From assembly GCA_963806535.1 (NCBI GenBank), contig CAWDYC010000006.1:32001-96000 (forward strand): a stretch of DNA of 64,000 nucleotides, in the 5' to 3' direction. The notes beneath the pieces were generated by a model. It ran no database searches and was not told where the DNA came from. It worked only from the letters and a program-made list of their open reading frames with translations. Below are positions 1 to 11,583 of this stretch, one piece after another. Source of the stretch: Candidatus Bathyarchaeota archaeon. GTDB taxonomy: Archaea; Thermoproteota; Bathyarchaeia; Bathyarchaeales; Bathycorpusculaceae. The translations under genes and the position numbers were made by a program. Positions within the stretch are counted from its first letter, which is position 1; every line of letters starts with the position of its first letter.

Positions 1-2
1 TA

Positions 3-449
3 TCTGCTGATGTCCACTTAGCATTAGGAAACATCAGCGAGACACAATATACTTGTGAGACGGCTGATGGTCGAGGAAAAAAATTGCCAGAAGCTTTAGC
101 ACGATTAGCAAGAGTAGTGTGCGCAGACACTGAAATGTTGACAAAAAAAGAAATTATGGATATGGCAAAATACATTTATGACCAACAAGTCATACAGGTT
201 GCCGAGGGCTTAAGCAAAGTCTACTCTTACACGAAAAAACTAACTTCCAATAAAGTTCCGGTCGTGGTTACTGGACTTGGCAAAGACTTTCTAGCAAGAA
301 AAGCCGCTGAAAAAGTCGGCGTTGACGACATAATTGATATAGCCACATTAATGCAGAACAAGGCTGCAATGGCTACTCCAGCGTTTGGCGTTGCCTTAAT
401 GGCTGCCAGCAAACTTGAAGGAGAAATCGTCAGATGGATGCCACAGTAG
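3..449 (+). CDS. mfnF: Hydantoinase/oxoprolinase-family methanofuran biosynthesis protein MfnF (5'-truncated by window edge)
   Basis: Frame is open from position 3: SADVHLALGNISETQYTCETADGRGK...ARLARVVCAD...VVVTGLG. Overlaps an mfnE-like kinase gene. Confidence 0.75.
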   Translation, partial: SADVHLALGNISETQYTCETADGRGKKLPEALARLARVVCADTEMLTKKEIMDMAKYIYDQQVIQVAEGLSKVYSYTKKLTSNKVPVVVTGLGKDFLARKAAEKVGVDDIIDIATLMQNKAAMATPAFGVALMAASKLEGEIVRWMPQ

Positions 450-1103
450 TAAAGATCGGCGGTAGCTTAGCATTGTACCCTGAAAAACTAAAGATCCTGT
501 GCTCTAAGTTAAGTGCTAAATCAAAGAAACATAACATAATAGTGGTTCCAGGAGGCGGCGAATTCGCTGATGTTGTGCGGGTTTTAGATAAAAGGTTCAG
601 TTTATCTGATTCTGTTTCACATCAGATGGCGATTTTAGGGATGGATCAATATGGTTTTTTGCTGTCAGATTTGATAACGGGTTCACAAGTGATTAATCAG
701 CTTGAGCATATACAGAAGATTTTTGATTTACATAAGTTGCCTATTTTTTTGCCTTCAAATTTTATGTTAAAAAATGATCCTTTAGAAAACTCTTGGGATG
801 TAACTTCAGATTCAATTGCGGTTTACATTGCAAATCAACTGCACATAAAAAAAGTGATTTTAGTAACTGATGTTGACGGAATTTTTACACGCGACCCAAA
901 AAAGTATTCAGATGCCAAATTGATTTGCAAGATATCAGCTAAACAGCTTGAGAGCAATGAGTAAGCGAACAAGTGTTGATAAGTTTTTGCCGAAATTGCT
1001 TTCAAAAATGCAGATTGAATGCTTTGTTGTTAATGGATTATTTCCTGAGCGTGTTGAAGATATTTTAGATGGGCGAAATGCTGTTTGCACGTTAATTAAT
1101 TGA
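434..1103 (+). CDS. mfnE: Amino-acid-kinase family, [5-(aminomethyl)furan-3-yl]methyl phosphate kinase (frameshift near 950)
   Basis: VVKIGGSL, PGGGEFAD, SWDVTSDSIA and TDVDGI motifs. C-terminus (RTSVDKFLPKLL...FVVNGLFPERV) continues in another frame to TGA at 1101-1103. Confidence 0.75.
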
Positions 1104-1201
1104 CAAAATGCACACGTGAGCTAACTTTTATTTATTAAATCGACAACAACACAAACTTGAAAAATAGAAAAAATAGAAAAAGAAACTGGAAGATATTCTG
1201 T

Positions 1202-1366
1202 TTAGATTTTTTTCTTGTCTAAGACTTCGCGGAAACTCTTATCACAGCACTTGTATAGCGCTATGGTAAGTTGTGTTCTTTTTCCTTTTTTGTCTGGTTT
1301 TCCAGCCATCTTCCAAGTTTTTGTAGCGTTTTTAACTTCTTTTCCACAGGTTGGGCATTTTGCCAT
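1202..1366 (-). CDS. Small basic Cren7-like chromatin protein with Cys pairs (54 aa, absent from ORF track)
   Basis: Manual translation MAKCPTCGKEVKNATKTWKMAGKPDKKGKRTQLTIALYKCCDKSFREVLDKKKI. The K-x-W, I-A-L-Y-K and K-x-F-R pattern matches Cren7. Confidence 0.7.
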   Translation of the reverse strand: MAKCPTCGKEVKNATKTWKMAGKPDKKGKRTQLTIALYKCCDKSFREVLDKKKI

Positions 1367-1584
1367 GATTATCCCTACGGTTCAATGTTATCATATGGAT
1401 GTACATAAAACACTTTCTATCCATTGCCTGTAAAAGGGCTAAAAAAGCGCTCTTTTGATGGTTAAATTGATGGGAAAACCCATTTTTTTGTTGACAAATA
1501 AGCCTTAAAACCTCTCGATTGCGGGGCGAGGCATGTTATTTTTTGATTGTTTTATGTAAGAATTATTAGCAGGCTTCATTTTCT

Positions 1585-2186
1585 ATGTTAAACACAATGT
1601 CAATTATTGGTTTAGATTTAGCTGGAGTAGAAACACGACCAACAGGTTATTGTACGCTTTTAGATATGAAAGTGGAAACGTCTTTAATCTATACAGACGC
1701 AGAAATATTATCAAAAATCAGTCAAATCCGCCCCAGAGTTGTTGCCATTGATGCTCCTTTGAGTTTGCCTCCTGGAAGAAAGTCACTTGAGGAACGAAAC
1801 GGCAATCATCTAAGAGAATGCGATAGAGAGCTTTTGAAAAAAGGCATAAAATTCTTTCCAGTGACTCTTGGTCCCATGAGAAAATTGACGGAACGAGGCA
1901 TCCGCTTGAAAAAAATTCTTGAACAAAGAAAACTTCATTACTTTAGAGGCTTATCCTGGAGGAGCCCAAGATGTACTTGGGATTCCTCGAAAACAGAAAG
2001 GGCTCGAAAAACTAAAGGACTGGCTTAGAAAATTTAGGAATAAAGGGGCTTACAAGTGGAATGAGTGATCATGAACTTGACGCCGTTACATGTGCATATG
2101 TGGGAAAACTGTTTTTGGAAGAAGAAGCAGTTTTTTACGGAAGTCCCGACGGAATTGTAATGCCAAAAGGCGAAAGAAGAAAGTAA
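1585..2186 (+). CDS. DUF429 RNase H-fold predicted nuclease (frameshifted)
   Basis: IIGLDLAG, VAIDAPL and LRECDREL motifs. EAYPGGA and HELDAVTCA lie in shifted frames; stop at 2184-2186. Confidence 0.75.
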
Positions 2187-2213
2187 TTTTGACTTTTTAT
2201 TGCGAATTGTCGG

Positions 2214-5200
2214 CTACTTCTTTGCTTCAGTTTGTTTGTTTTCCTGTAGTTTATTTCTGGATAATTTATAGGGCCACCAGTTGAATTTTTGTGCTAAACC
2301 CATTAGTGAAGGAACGAAGAAAAGAATAACGATGGTTACATCTATTACAATAGCTGCTGCGACTGCAAGAGCAATTTCTTGAAGCAATGGAATGTTTGTT
2401 ATAATGAGTGATGCGAATACGGTGGCAAGTACAAGTCCTAAGCCGAGGATGGTTACCCAAACTTTGTCAATGGCGGTAACTATTGCTTCATTGTCTGTTT
2501 TGCCGCTGAGAACTTCTTCACGGATGCGAGTTAGGAAGAATATGTCATAGTCGATTCCGACCCCTAGCATTGTCACAACCACGAATAAAGGCGCAAAGTC
2601 CAAAATTGGCAGATTAAGTATGAAGTAGAATGTAATTGAAGTGATCGCTAAAGCAAAAACAACACTACAAAGGATTGTAATTATTAGGCGAATAGGTGTG
2701 AACGCAGATCTTAACTGTAAAAATAGAATTACGTATACTGCTGCTGCAAGAATAACCACAACCTCAGGAATCAGGTTTACCATGAACGTATGATTATCAT
2801 ATGACGACTGAGTTTCTCCGCCAAAATGAACTGTTACACCATTTATTAGAGGTAGCTTATTGATGTTCTTCTCCATTCCCTGTAAAGCATTACTAGCCGA
2901 TGCACTCATGGCAGCATCTGAAAGACCCACCGTAATCACCACTGTTTTGTTGTCTTTTCCAATCGTTGAAAACATCTGGCTTTCATATTGCATGGACAAT
3001 GTTTCAGACAAGTTTTCCACGGTGGAGTAGTTAAATAAATTGCCAAAAGGTCTAGTTGGTCCTGTAACTGTACTTATTCCTTTAGAGTCCTTCGCGGTGG
3101 CCGTGATTTGTTCAATCTGATTAAGTAAGGTTTGGTTAAACTGGTTATTTCCATATGTTATCTGAGTGGGAGTTGTTACAACGATGGAGGTTGGTGACAT
3201 TATTCCGCTTCCAAAACTATCTGCTAAGACGGTGAGCCCTTGATTGCTTTGGAAGTTTGGCATAAGTTTTAGAAAATCTTCGTTAGTAGGTGCGTTATAC
3301 ATGACAACGAAGGCGCTAAATGCTATTATGCTGATAACGATTATTATTGGCACTTTCCGTTTAAGTGTGCCATGCGCTAAACGTCTTAGAAAGGTCTGGT
3401 TTGAATCAGACTTCGCTTTCCCAAGCTTTTTGATTCCTGGCCAAAATATTTTGTCACCTAACGCAATCTCAATAGCCGGCAGCAATGTAAGTGATGCCGC
3501 AAGCAAAATGGAAACGCCGAGCGCTATTGCAGTTCCAACGTCGCTAAAGATGGGAACGTTAGCCACTGCCATAACAATGTAGGCGACAATTACAGTTGTA
3601 CCCGCTGTTAGAACTGCTTGGCCAGCCCATTTAATTGAAATACTTACGCTTTCCTCGATTGATTTGCCCTTTCGCCGTTCTTCTCTTGTGCGTCTAAGTT
3701 GCAGAACTGAGTAGTCTACGGCTAATCCCAACATGAGAAGTATCGTTAAGGTGGGTGTAAGGAACGTTAAGTTCCCATGACCTATTTTTACAATTGCACT
3801 GTAAATAGCGGCAAGAGCAACTGAAACTGATATTCCTCCGAGAAGAACTGGAATTAAAGCAGCAACAGGCGCCAAAAACAGAAGGCCAACGATTAAAAGT
3901 GAAATTGCTATTCCGGGTCCAACTGTTATTTCAAGTGCAGGCACAAATGCTTTTTCTAAATCTTTAGTCAAAACTGATCCACCAGTTACATAAACTGATC
4001 CCAAGTCTCGTAAGCCAGAATTCTGATACATCAGATTCAACACGTGCAATTGTATTTTGATCTGGATTCGATGAGAAACCAAAAATTATGAGCATCGTGT
4101 TATTTTGTGAATTTACAAAATTGCCTGACAAAGCGGTTGATGGGATGTAAGGGTAACTCGTGTAGGGTTCCGTATTAATTACGTTGTTGATGGCAAGGTT
4201 CACGTCAGTAACAGTTGAGTTTGGAGAAAGCTCTGACAGAAGACTGCTGAGAGATGTAGCGTTTATAGTGAATAGTGGAGCTTGTGAAAAAGTGCTTTGG
4301 GTAGCGTTTGAAATAAATTCGCAAGCTAAGCTCCATGTCTGAGTGGCGTTCGGTGATGTACCTAGATCATAGGTAGAATGCATTAAATCGTCAACTGTGA
4401 AACCTGCCCCTGAAATAGTCAAGTTTGAGTAACTGTTTTCTAAAAGTGAAATTGTGTAATCTTCAAGTGTTGCATTTGATGGTGATTGCCCAAGATAGTA
4501 CAAATGGTTTACTAGACTTAAGGGGTGTTGTTCCAAGTGAAGAGACAAGTTCAGAAGGGATGTTTGATTCCATGGTTGTAATTGTCAAGTTCTGTAATGC
4601 TGTAAATTGATTCCAATTATTGACATTTAGGCCTGATGCGACTGTGTTTACCATTTGGCTTGTTTGGGCATCAAGTTGTCCACTGCTTAACATTGCCGTG
4701 ACGGCTTGGTTTACAGCAAAAGCTTCGCGGTCAAGCACTGTTGTGCTGCCTGGTAGAGCTTGGAAACTGGCCATCCACGCTCCGAAAAACGCCATATAAT
4801 ACCCTGTGGATTGAGCGTTGTTTCCAAAATTGGAAGTTAAACTGTAAATGGTTGTATTCGCGTCGATGCTAGCCATTTCGGGGTCAGTTACGCCTTGCGA
4901 AGTTATTTCCTGCCAAACACCCACGTACGTTGTCGGTATACCGTATATTAGTTGGGCTGTTTGGTTTATGCCGGCTTGCAACTGAAACAGGTTTGAAATT
5001 AAATAAGACAGGTTATCCTGAAGTGTGAATAGTCCTGAGTTAATTGCGTTTATGTTTGATTGAAGACTTGCCGTTTGATTAATTATGGCAAGTATCGATG
5101 AGTTAAGTAAACTTGCTTCCAAGGAATAAAGGCTTGTTTCTCCTGTATAATTGCCGATTTCTTTATCATTAGATAACGTAGTGTTAAGTGCCATTGCCTT

Positions 5201-5488
5201 TTGTTTTAATAAGTCAGAATATACTTGAGTGCCTTGGATTACAACTAAAATGCTGCCTTCACTACTTGTATTTGAACTTGGGAATTGAGCACTAATTATG
5301 TTTGCAGTTTTAGCCGATTCTGTGTTTGAGGGAGCTCCAAAACCGCCTGTCAAGTCATAGGAAACAGCTGAAAAGAAGCTTGGAATAAGAACAAGCGAAA
5401 GCAGCACCGCAACTATCCATGCGATGATGATCCATCGGTGCCTCTTGCGGATGAAATTGTTCAGTGAATCAAAATATGATTTTGGCAA
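2214..5488 (-). CDS. MMPL/RND-family membrane transporter (split into three ORFs by indels)
   Basis: GLAVDYS and GVGIDYDIF transmembrane motifs, two TM bundles and a large extracellular loop. ORFs 4463-5488, 3964-4548 and 2214-4082 overlap consecutively. Confidence 0.85.
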
Positions 5489-5578
5489 TTAATATCAAAT
5501 CCGTTAAGTAATTAGTGCTTTGTCGCCGTGTCTGCTACTATTCATAACCAAAGGCGGTTTGCGTTGCCTTTCTTAAGG

Positions 5579-5612
5579 ATTTCCCAAGATTTTACCAGAG
5601 ACTTATGACAAT
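5579..5612 (-). promoter_or_regulatory. Possible 11-bp-phased activator repeats upstream of the MMPL promoter
   Basis: Minus strand ...GTCTCTGGTAAAATCTTGGGAAATCCTTAAG resembles the arrays at 33081 and 34951, but is more degenerate. Confidence 0.3.
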
Positions 5613-5735
5613 AGAATGGATTAATCAAAGGTTAAATGCCAAATCAAAAAGCGTTAGAAAATAAAGAAAAAAAACTGATTTTGTTAAATGAAAAGCGGGA
5701 GCTTTTCACATTTGAACTTGCCTGTAAAGCTTTAA

Positions 5736-6294
5736 TTACTTAATCCATTTCAGAACATTCGGTTTCTTTCTTTTGCCTGCACCTTGTTTTGTTTTAGGGT
5801 GACCAAGGATAAAGGGAACCAACAACTCGTGGTTTTCAGGGACTCCGATTTTCTTTAGAATTTCTGGTTTGCTATTTAGTAGACTAACAAATCCCATATA
5901 GCATGTTCCAAGCCCAAGTTCATATGCTTTCAAAAACATGTTCTGAGCTCGCAAGAACGCTATCAATCAGATTCATGGTGCTCCATTGTGGATCTTTTTC
6001 TGCACAGATGAAGAATGAGGGTACAGGTGCATTATAGCAAATTATGTCTTCTTTTGTGTTGTATCGTTCGGCTAATGGCGGCATCATCTGTTGGACTGCA
6101 ACTTTCGTTTCGTCAGAGACATAGTTAATTAATTTCTCATCTTCTATGATGATAAATCTCCAAGGTTCTCTTGCCATGGCAGTTGGAGCCCAAACTCCAG
6201 CTTCAAGAATTGCTTCAATTTGCTCCTTCAAAACAGGTTTGTTTGAGTAACATCTGACGCTTCTTCTACCTTTAATACAAGAATCAAGCTCCAT
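5736..6294 (-). CDS. Nitroreductase family protein (frameshift near 5955)
   Basis: RRSVRCY, WAPTAMAREPWRF, then QNMFLKAYELGLGTCYMG in the next frame. Confidence 0.88.
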
Positions 6295-6492
6295 AAATAA
6301 TCCTCAATATTTAGCATGGCAAAATCAAGTAAATAAATGTGAGCCACCTCCGAAAAGGGGTCTTAAGAACTTGTGTTGTATACGTCACGGTTTGGACCAA
6401 AGATGAGTTTGTGAATATCAGGGCTTCTTTATGCCTAAATTTTGTAAAGTTTTCGCATATTTCTAAAAAAACACAAATTTTCTCGCTTGGGA

Positions 6493-6918
6493 TTACCACC
6501 TAAGTATTAACTTGAAAATGCCTAATGCTATTCCCAAAGATACCACAGCACTAAGGACTGTAGCCCCGATCAATGGACCATAAAATTTGCTCGACCTAAT
6601 TCCACATAAACGACCAATAACTGCTACCTGTATTGGCGACAGCACAAAGACCCCAGCTATTATGCCTATTACAGCATATTTGTCAATGAGTCTTTGCCCT
6701 CTAGCTGTTCTTTTTTCGAGCCAGATTCTGAGGCCTTTTTTCCATTCTAATAATCTATTGATCAAGAATATGGTGGCGAGAACAGTTAGAATATTTATTG
6801 TGAGAGTTGTTGCAAAAACCACTAGTGGGTTGAATCCAACTGCGACGCCATATAACATGCCGCCTCCGGATTCAAAGACGATGGAAATTAGAAGATAGAT
6901 GTATATCTCGTACATCAC
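6493..6918 (-). CDS. Small membrane protein (small multidrug export/VTT-like)
   Basis: Four hydrophobic segments with the LIDKYAVIGI pattern. Confidence 0.5.
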   Translation of the reverse strand: MMYEIYIYLLISIVFESGGGMLYGVAVGFNPLVVFATTLTINILTVLATIFLINRLLEWKKGLRIWLEKRTARGQRLIDKYAVIGIIAGVFVLSPIQVAVIGRLCGIRSSKFYGPLIGATVLSAVVSLGIALGIFKLILRW

Positions 6919-6990
6919 TGCATCTCTTCATAGAATTATTGCTTGTGCTAAATATGGCTTATTCTAAAAACTTGATCTAAATATTTCGCT

Positions 6991-7284
6991 TTATTCGTCG
7001 TTCTCTTTCTCAACGGAGCGCATCTCAGCAATTTGGTGCTCTAGCTCTTCTTCATTTCTCTTGATTCCATTATCTATTGCGCGCTTAGCACTAACTGCCA
7101 TACCATAAGCGACGGATATAAGAAAAGGAAAAAGCAACGCTACGACAGTTATTCCAAGATAATAAACTTCTGTATGGAACGCATAATTTAGAGACCAATA
7201 CAGAGTAGCTGTCGTGATAAAAGCTATTGAAAAGAATAAGCTGGTTATTTTGATATTTTTCTGGATATGCATTCCTACGTTCAT
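6991..7284 (-). CDS. Hypothetical membrane protein (2 TM plus charged tail)
   Basis: ORF track; two hydrophobic helices. Confidence 0.55.
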   Translation of the reverse strand: MNVGMHIQKNIKITSLFFSIAFITTATLYWSLNYAFHTEVYYLGITVVALLFPFLISVAYGMAVSAKRAIDNGIKRNEEELEHQIAEMRSVEKENDE

Positions 7285-7482
7285 TTTAAATGCTCAATAA
7301 TAGTTTAAGTATAACATATAAAAAATTTTGGTAATTCGGAGAAGTTGTTTGAATTAAATAATTTCTATTTGAATTCGATTACTAAGTCGGTATGTTTTAG
7401 CACAAATCGGTTGGCAGTTTTAGGTATAGCTTCCTTTCAGGAAAAGAAAGAAACCTGATATAAGTTTATTCTAGGTTAATGG

Positions 7483-7559
7483 TGGTGCCGAGGGCAGGGT
7501 TTGAACATGCGACGACTCGGTCTTCAGCCGAGCGCTCTCCCAGGCTGAGCTACCTCGGC
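7483..7559 (-). tRNA. tRNA-Phe(GAA)
   Basis: GCCGAGG acceptor stem, CTCGG-CT-GAA-GA-CCGAG anticodon arm, encoded CCA. One T-C mismatch in the T-stem (GCATG/CCTGC). Confidence 0.9.
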
Positions 7560-7749
7560 ACATATTTGTGATTTCAGAGATTTTTTTTCGGGAGAGGCTA
7601 TTAAGTTTGTGTCACAGACACTTATTTACGTTTTCGTAGGAACATCAAATTGTTTTTCTGGCAAGGAGATTCAAAACCAATATTGATAAAATTTGAGCTT
7701 TTCAGTTTTTTTAATTTGAAAGTTTTGATTTTAGAAACCCTATCCAACA

Positions 7750-7777
7750 TGGCGTCCTGGTCGGAGAATGAACCCGA
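7750..7777 (-). pseudogene. Degenerate tRNA 3' fragment (T-arm, acceptor 3' strand, CCA); possible att remnant
   Basis: Minus strand TCGGG-TTCATTC-TCCGA-CCAGGAC-G-CCA with no matching 5' half. Confidence 0.45.
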
Positions 7778-7787
7778 ATAAACTTTG

Positions 7788-8063
7788 TTAAACTGGTTCC
7801 AGCACTACCTCAATTAAACTATCTTTCAAATTAGACAATATTTGGTTCAATTGAACGATAATTATTCTTGGAACTGTTACGCGACCGGCGGGAAGCATTT
7901 TGCCTAAAAAACTTTCACAAAAACCTAGATTGAATATTCTTAGGGTAATTTTCATTGTTTGTGCAGGTTCAAGTTTGTATTCCCATCGAACCGTTTTTGG
8001 GATTTGGAAGCGGTTCTGTTTTTGCAGCTGAACTTTAAATGTGACTCTGTGAGTTAGGGGCAA
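7788..8063 (-). CDS. Tandem AbrB/MazE/SpoVT-fold DNA-binding protein
   Basis: Two repeats, QNRFQIPKTVR and AGRVTVPRII. SD-like GAGGAG upstream. Confidence 0.7.
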   Translation of the reverse strand: MPLTHRVTFKVQLQKQNRFQIPKTVRWEYKLEPAQTMKITLRIFNLGFCESFLGKMLPAGRVTVPRIIIVQLNQILSNLKDSLIEVVLEPV

Positions 8064-8080
8064 ATCAACTTCTCCTCGGA

Positions 8081-8170
8081 AGTACTTTTCTGTTCTTTTT
8101 TATACTTTTTTGTTCATTCCCATTCTTTTCCATTCATTTCTGTTCTTTTCTAGCCTTTTCCATACTTTTT
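8081..8170. repeat. Nine tandem imperfect 10-bp repeats
   Basis: Units agtacttttc/tgttcttttt/tatacttttt/tgttcattcc/cattcttttc/cattcatttc/tgttcttttc/tagccttttc/catacttttt. Confidence 0.75.
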
Positions 8171-8595
8171 GGTACGTGACCTGCAGACAAATCAAAGCCT
8201 AAATCAAGAAAGCAACCTAAAGCACAAAGAAAAAAATTTGCGCGCAAAATCCGTCAACAATTGGTTCACAAACAATAAAGAGAATAGATTAGTTAATTAT
8301 GTTTTCTCGATTTTTAGGATCAAGATTGATTATTTGTGTTTTTTAGAATTTAGAAAAACAAAAGGACTCATTTCCTTTTGTCTAAGTATCAAATTCCAAA
8401 TAGTCCGAAATGATTCATTAAGATGTAGCCGGCTAACGCACTGCCGATAAAGCAAATAAAAATCAATATATCATCATGTTCGTGATCTAAGTTTCTTGGA
8501 TTTAGCATTTTAATTTCCCTTAACCTACATTTTATGTGCTAGATAGGGGAAAAGTTTTATGAAAGCACACTATGTATTTTGAATCTAAACTGATC

Positions 8596-8672
8596 GGGCC
8601 GTTAGTCTAGCTGGCTAGGACGTCGCCCTCACGCGGCGAAGATCACCGGTTCAAATCCGGTACGGCCCACCA
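8596..8672 (+). tRNA. tRNA-Val(CAC)
   Basis: GGGCCGT/ACGGCCC acceptor, TCGCC-CT-CAC-GC-GGCGA anticodon arm, GTTCAAATC T-loop, CCA. Confidence 0.95.
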
Positions 8673-8759
8673 GCCATTTCTTTTGCTAAGTCCTGTAAGC
8701 GCCAATAGACAAAAGTTTAATGCTTATTACTAAGTGCGAGAATACTATTTTTGATATTT

Positions 8760-9043
8760 ATGCATCGAAAAGCTGTTTTTGCTCTTGCAGGAGTTTTTTT
8801 AGCTGTGGCTTTAATTGTGCCTCCGCTCATTTTTGTTTTGCAGGCGGATCATGACTTAGACAATTTGATTGTTGCAAGGGATAATCCGGGGCTTGTAACA
8901 AGCGGTAACCTACTATAACTGATGAGACGACTGAAAATCATAACACAAACATTATTTACGCAGCTATAATCGAAGCAGTTTTCGTGGCACTGTTCGCGGT
9001 AACATTGTATTACGGCATAAACCATCCACATCCAGAGCATTAA
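8760..9043 (+). CDS. Small hypothetical 2-TM membrane protein (frameshifted, absent from ORF track)
   Basis: MHRKAVFALAGVFLAVALIVPPLIFVLQ..., then after an indel ...IIYAAIIEAVFVALFAVTLYYGINHPHPEH. Confidence 0.5.
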
Positions 9044-9246
9044 AAACGATATTTCAAGTTTTTTTAGCGAAGCGGCACTATAGTGTTAACTATAAGAAAT
9101 CTGATGAAGTTCGCCCTGCAATTTTTTTACCTTAGTAATACACGACCAACGTTTTGCTGTTGTGCTTGCACAGTCACATATTTTTAAAAGCAGTTTAGCG
9201 TTTGTTTGCTTTTAGATTACTTTCTGTTGTTTGGGAGGTGTAATTT

Positions 9247-9453
9247 GTGCCTGAAACATCAATTAACATAACTGAGAAATTACAGAAGATCGGCCAAACT
9301 GCTTCAGACTATAAGGATGCTATTGTTAATCAATTCAAAGACATGGAAGTAGAAGTAAAAGACTGGAACTTCTCAGTTGGAAAAGCTGATAAGGAATATA
9401 CTGTTGAGGTTAACCTTAAGCTTGGCATTAAATCCAAAAAGGAAAAGGCTTAA
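9247..9453 (+). CDS. Small hypothetical protein
   Basis: Strong SD (GGAGGTG) before GTG; protein-like composition. Confidence 0.65.
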   Translation: MPETSINITEKLQKIGQTASDYKDAIVNQFKDMEVEVKDWNFSVGKADKEYTVEVNLKLGIKSKKEKA

Positions 9454-9645
9454 GTGATTTTTCCAGAAAATAACAAACCCATTTTCTTTTGTTAATATCT
9501 TATTTTAAATTTATTTTTCGTTGATAAATGAAGTTTTTAGGATTTGATACATATTGGTTGACGGGGATTTGCTTCGGTGATTTGTCACCAAAACAGATAA
9601 AAACTCGCTTTGCATCCATCAAGGCTACCTATAAGAGGAATGCAT

Positions 9646-9870
9646 ATGCCGTCTGAAATTACCGATGTTGATAAGTTCGTGGCTATGAGCGCCAAAGCAA
9701 AATATTGCTCAGTGAAAAGACTTAAAGATACAGTCAAATTGAAGCTTCGCACCCCAAGCCAACTTTACACTTTAAAGATTGAACCCCTGAGGGCTGACGA
9801 AATAATCAAGAAGCTTCAATGCGAAATCCAAGAGAAACGAAAAAGAATAGTTTTTTCTAAACAATTCTAA
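9646..9870 (+). CDS. rpl38e: 50S ribosomal protein L38e
   Basis: MPSEITDVDKF...VKLKLRTPSQLYTLKI matches the eL38 pattern. GAGGA precedes the ATG at 9646. Confidence 0.8.
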   Translation: MPSEITDVDKFVAMSAKAKYCSVKRLKDTVKLKLRTPSQLYTLKIEPLRADEIIKKLQCEIQEKRKRIVFSKQF

Positions 9871-10516
9871 TTTTTTGTTTACTATCTCAAGGTACGCTCT
9901 ATTAATTTCAAGTTAAAATTCTCTATTTGTATACGATAGCATGGACAAAGTATCGCGCTTTTGTTTATCCAAGTTTGCTTAAACCCTCAAAATTGTCGAA
10001 GATTCACGAACCTTAAATATACATGACTAAAAAATAGTCAAAAGGCTAAGTGGGAAGAGTTTTTGAGTCTAAAATTGAGTGATTAGACAAGCAAAAGGAA
10101 TAAAATTACTAAAAAAGGAATTATAAAACCTATTTAGCGCATCATCGAGGCAAAATTTTGCTTTTGGTAGTTGTCTCGAGCGCTTATAAAATCTAAACTT
10201 CGCTAGTTAGCTGAGCAAAAGGTTTGTTAAAGCCTATTTTGTTGAGCGAAAAACATCCGAATGGTCATTTTTTACATTTAAAAGTTAAATTAACCTATTG
10301 TATTGTGACAATAATGATTTGAATCTGATTAATCATCCATTCTCTCTTAGCTTATTTGGAGCTACGAAATGCGAAGGCAAATATTTTCTTTTCCTGTAAA
10401 AAATGAAAGAAGGTTTTTCTGCACGCGCTACATAAGCGTTTAGGGCTGTCCAAAATGGATTGGCTAAAGAAATGTTATGTTTAAAGAGGGGACTAATTGA
10501 TTTTAAGAAATCTTAA

Positions 10517-10544
10517 AATGGGTTTGGTTGATGCTTTTGTATAC
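10517..10544 (+). repeat. Dispersed motif copy (AATGGGTTTGGTTGATGCTTTTGTATAC)
   Basis: Exact 28-bp reverse complement of 13827-13854. Confidence 0.85.
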
Positions 10545-10638
10545 TGGATTAGAGAGGGGATAGATGGCCAAAAAGCATTTTCTGATTGTTTGGATCATAG
10601 ATTTAACATAATCTTTTCAATTTTTGAGGTAATAAATA

Positions 10639-11352
10639 TTGAGTGTTGAAAGCAATCTGATTATTTCGTTGCTAAAATTGACTAAAGAAGGTACAGTTTT
10701 AAATGAAGATATAAAAAAAGACTCAAGGATACCCGCCATAGTAGCAAAGAATTTGCTATCAAAACTGCAAAACGAAGGACTCATTTATCTAAAATCACGA
10801 CTGCATTGAAATCAACAGCGCAATGAGAATTAAATTAGCCGTCAAAGCAGTATCGCTTAGGCTCCGATATAGAGTACATCAGCAATTTACTTTGCTGGCA
10901 AGAGTTTGAGGAAATAACCGCTTTTACACTTAAAAAATTTTGGGTATAACGTTGCAAAAAACGTAAGATTCAAAAATGCAGAACGCAGATGGGAAATAGA
11001 CGTGGTTGGCTGCAAGAAACCTTTAGTCGTTTGTATAGACTGCAAGCATTGGCAGCATGCAATTGCACCTTCAGCTTTAAGAAGAATTGTTGATTCGCAG
11101 GTTGAACGAACAAAAGCTTTGGTAGATTCCTTACCAAACGTCCAGCTGCACTTAGAGTGTACTAAATGGAATGATGCAAAGTTTATTCCAGCAGTGCTAT
11201 CACTTATGCCAAGTTCATTCAAGTTCTACGATGAAGTTCCAGTGGTGCCTGTGCTTCAGATGCAGGATTTTCTAAATCAAATGCCAATGTACATTGAATC
11301 GCTAAAATCTTTTTCTAAACGCTTCAACAAGTTACCCATTTCTAAAAAATAA
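10639..11352 (+). CDS. Mrr-like PD-(D/E)XK restriction endonuclease domain protein with N-terminal wHTH (two indels)
   Basis: WQEFEEIT...GYNV...RWEIDVVG...CIDCKHW. N-terminus from TTG 10639 is in shifted frames. Confidence 0.7.
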
Positions 11353-11447
11353 ATTCCAGTTTCAGCTTCAGATGAGCTTAGGTAGATTTTTATGAAATCT
11401 ATTTAGGGCAGCGAATTTTAAAGAATACGTAGTGTCCCCCCCAGAGG

Positions 11448-11514
11448 TTTCTTCTTTCTGAAGCAGAGAAGAAGTAGGATGTGTTATTTCCAGCCGTCCT
11501 TCTTCTTTCAAGAA
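11448..11514 (+). repeat. Dispersed hairpin element, copy A
   Basis: 11452-11510 matches the reverse complement of 23056-23114 at 57/59 nt. Confidence 0.85.
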
Positions 11515-11583
11515 TGTTGATCAGTGGGCTTTTGGCGAACCGCTTGCTCCAAGTACTCATCACCAAAACAAAACCAAAACAAG

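Noticed and set aside
1215-1433. Plus-strand 72-aa ORF from the track
   Set aside because: Antisense shadow of the Cren7-like gene.
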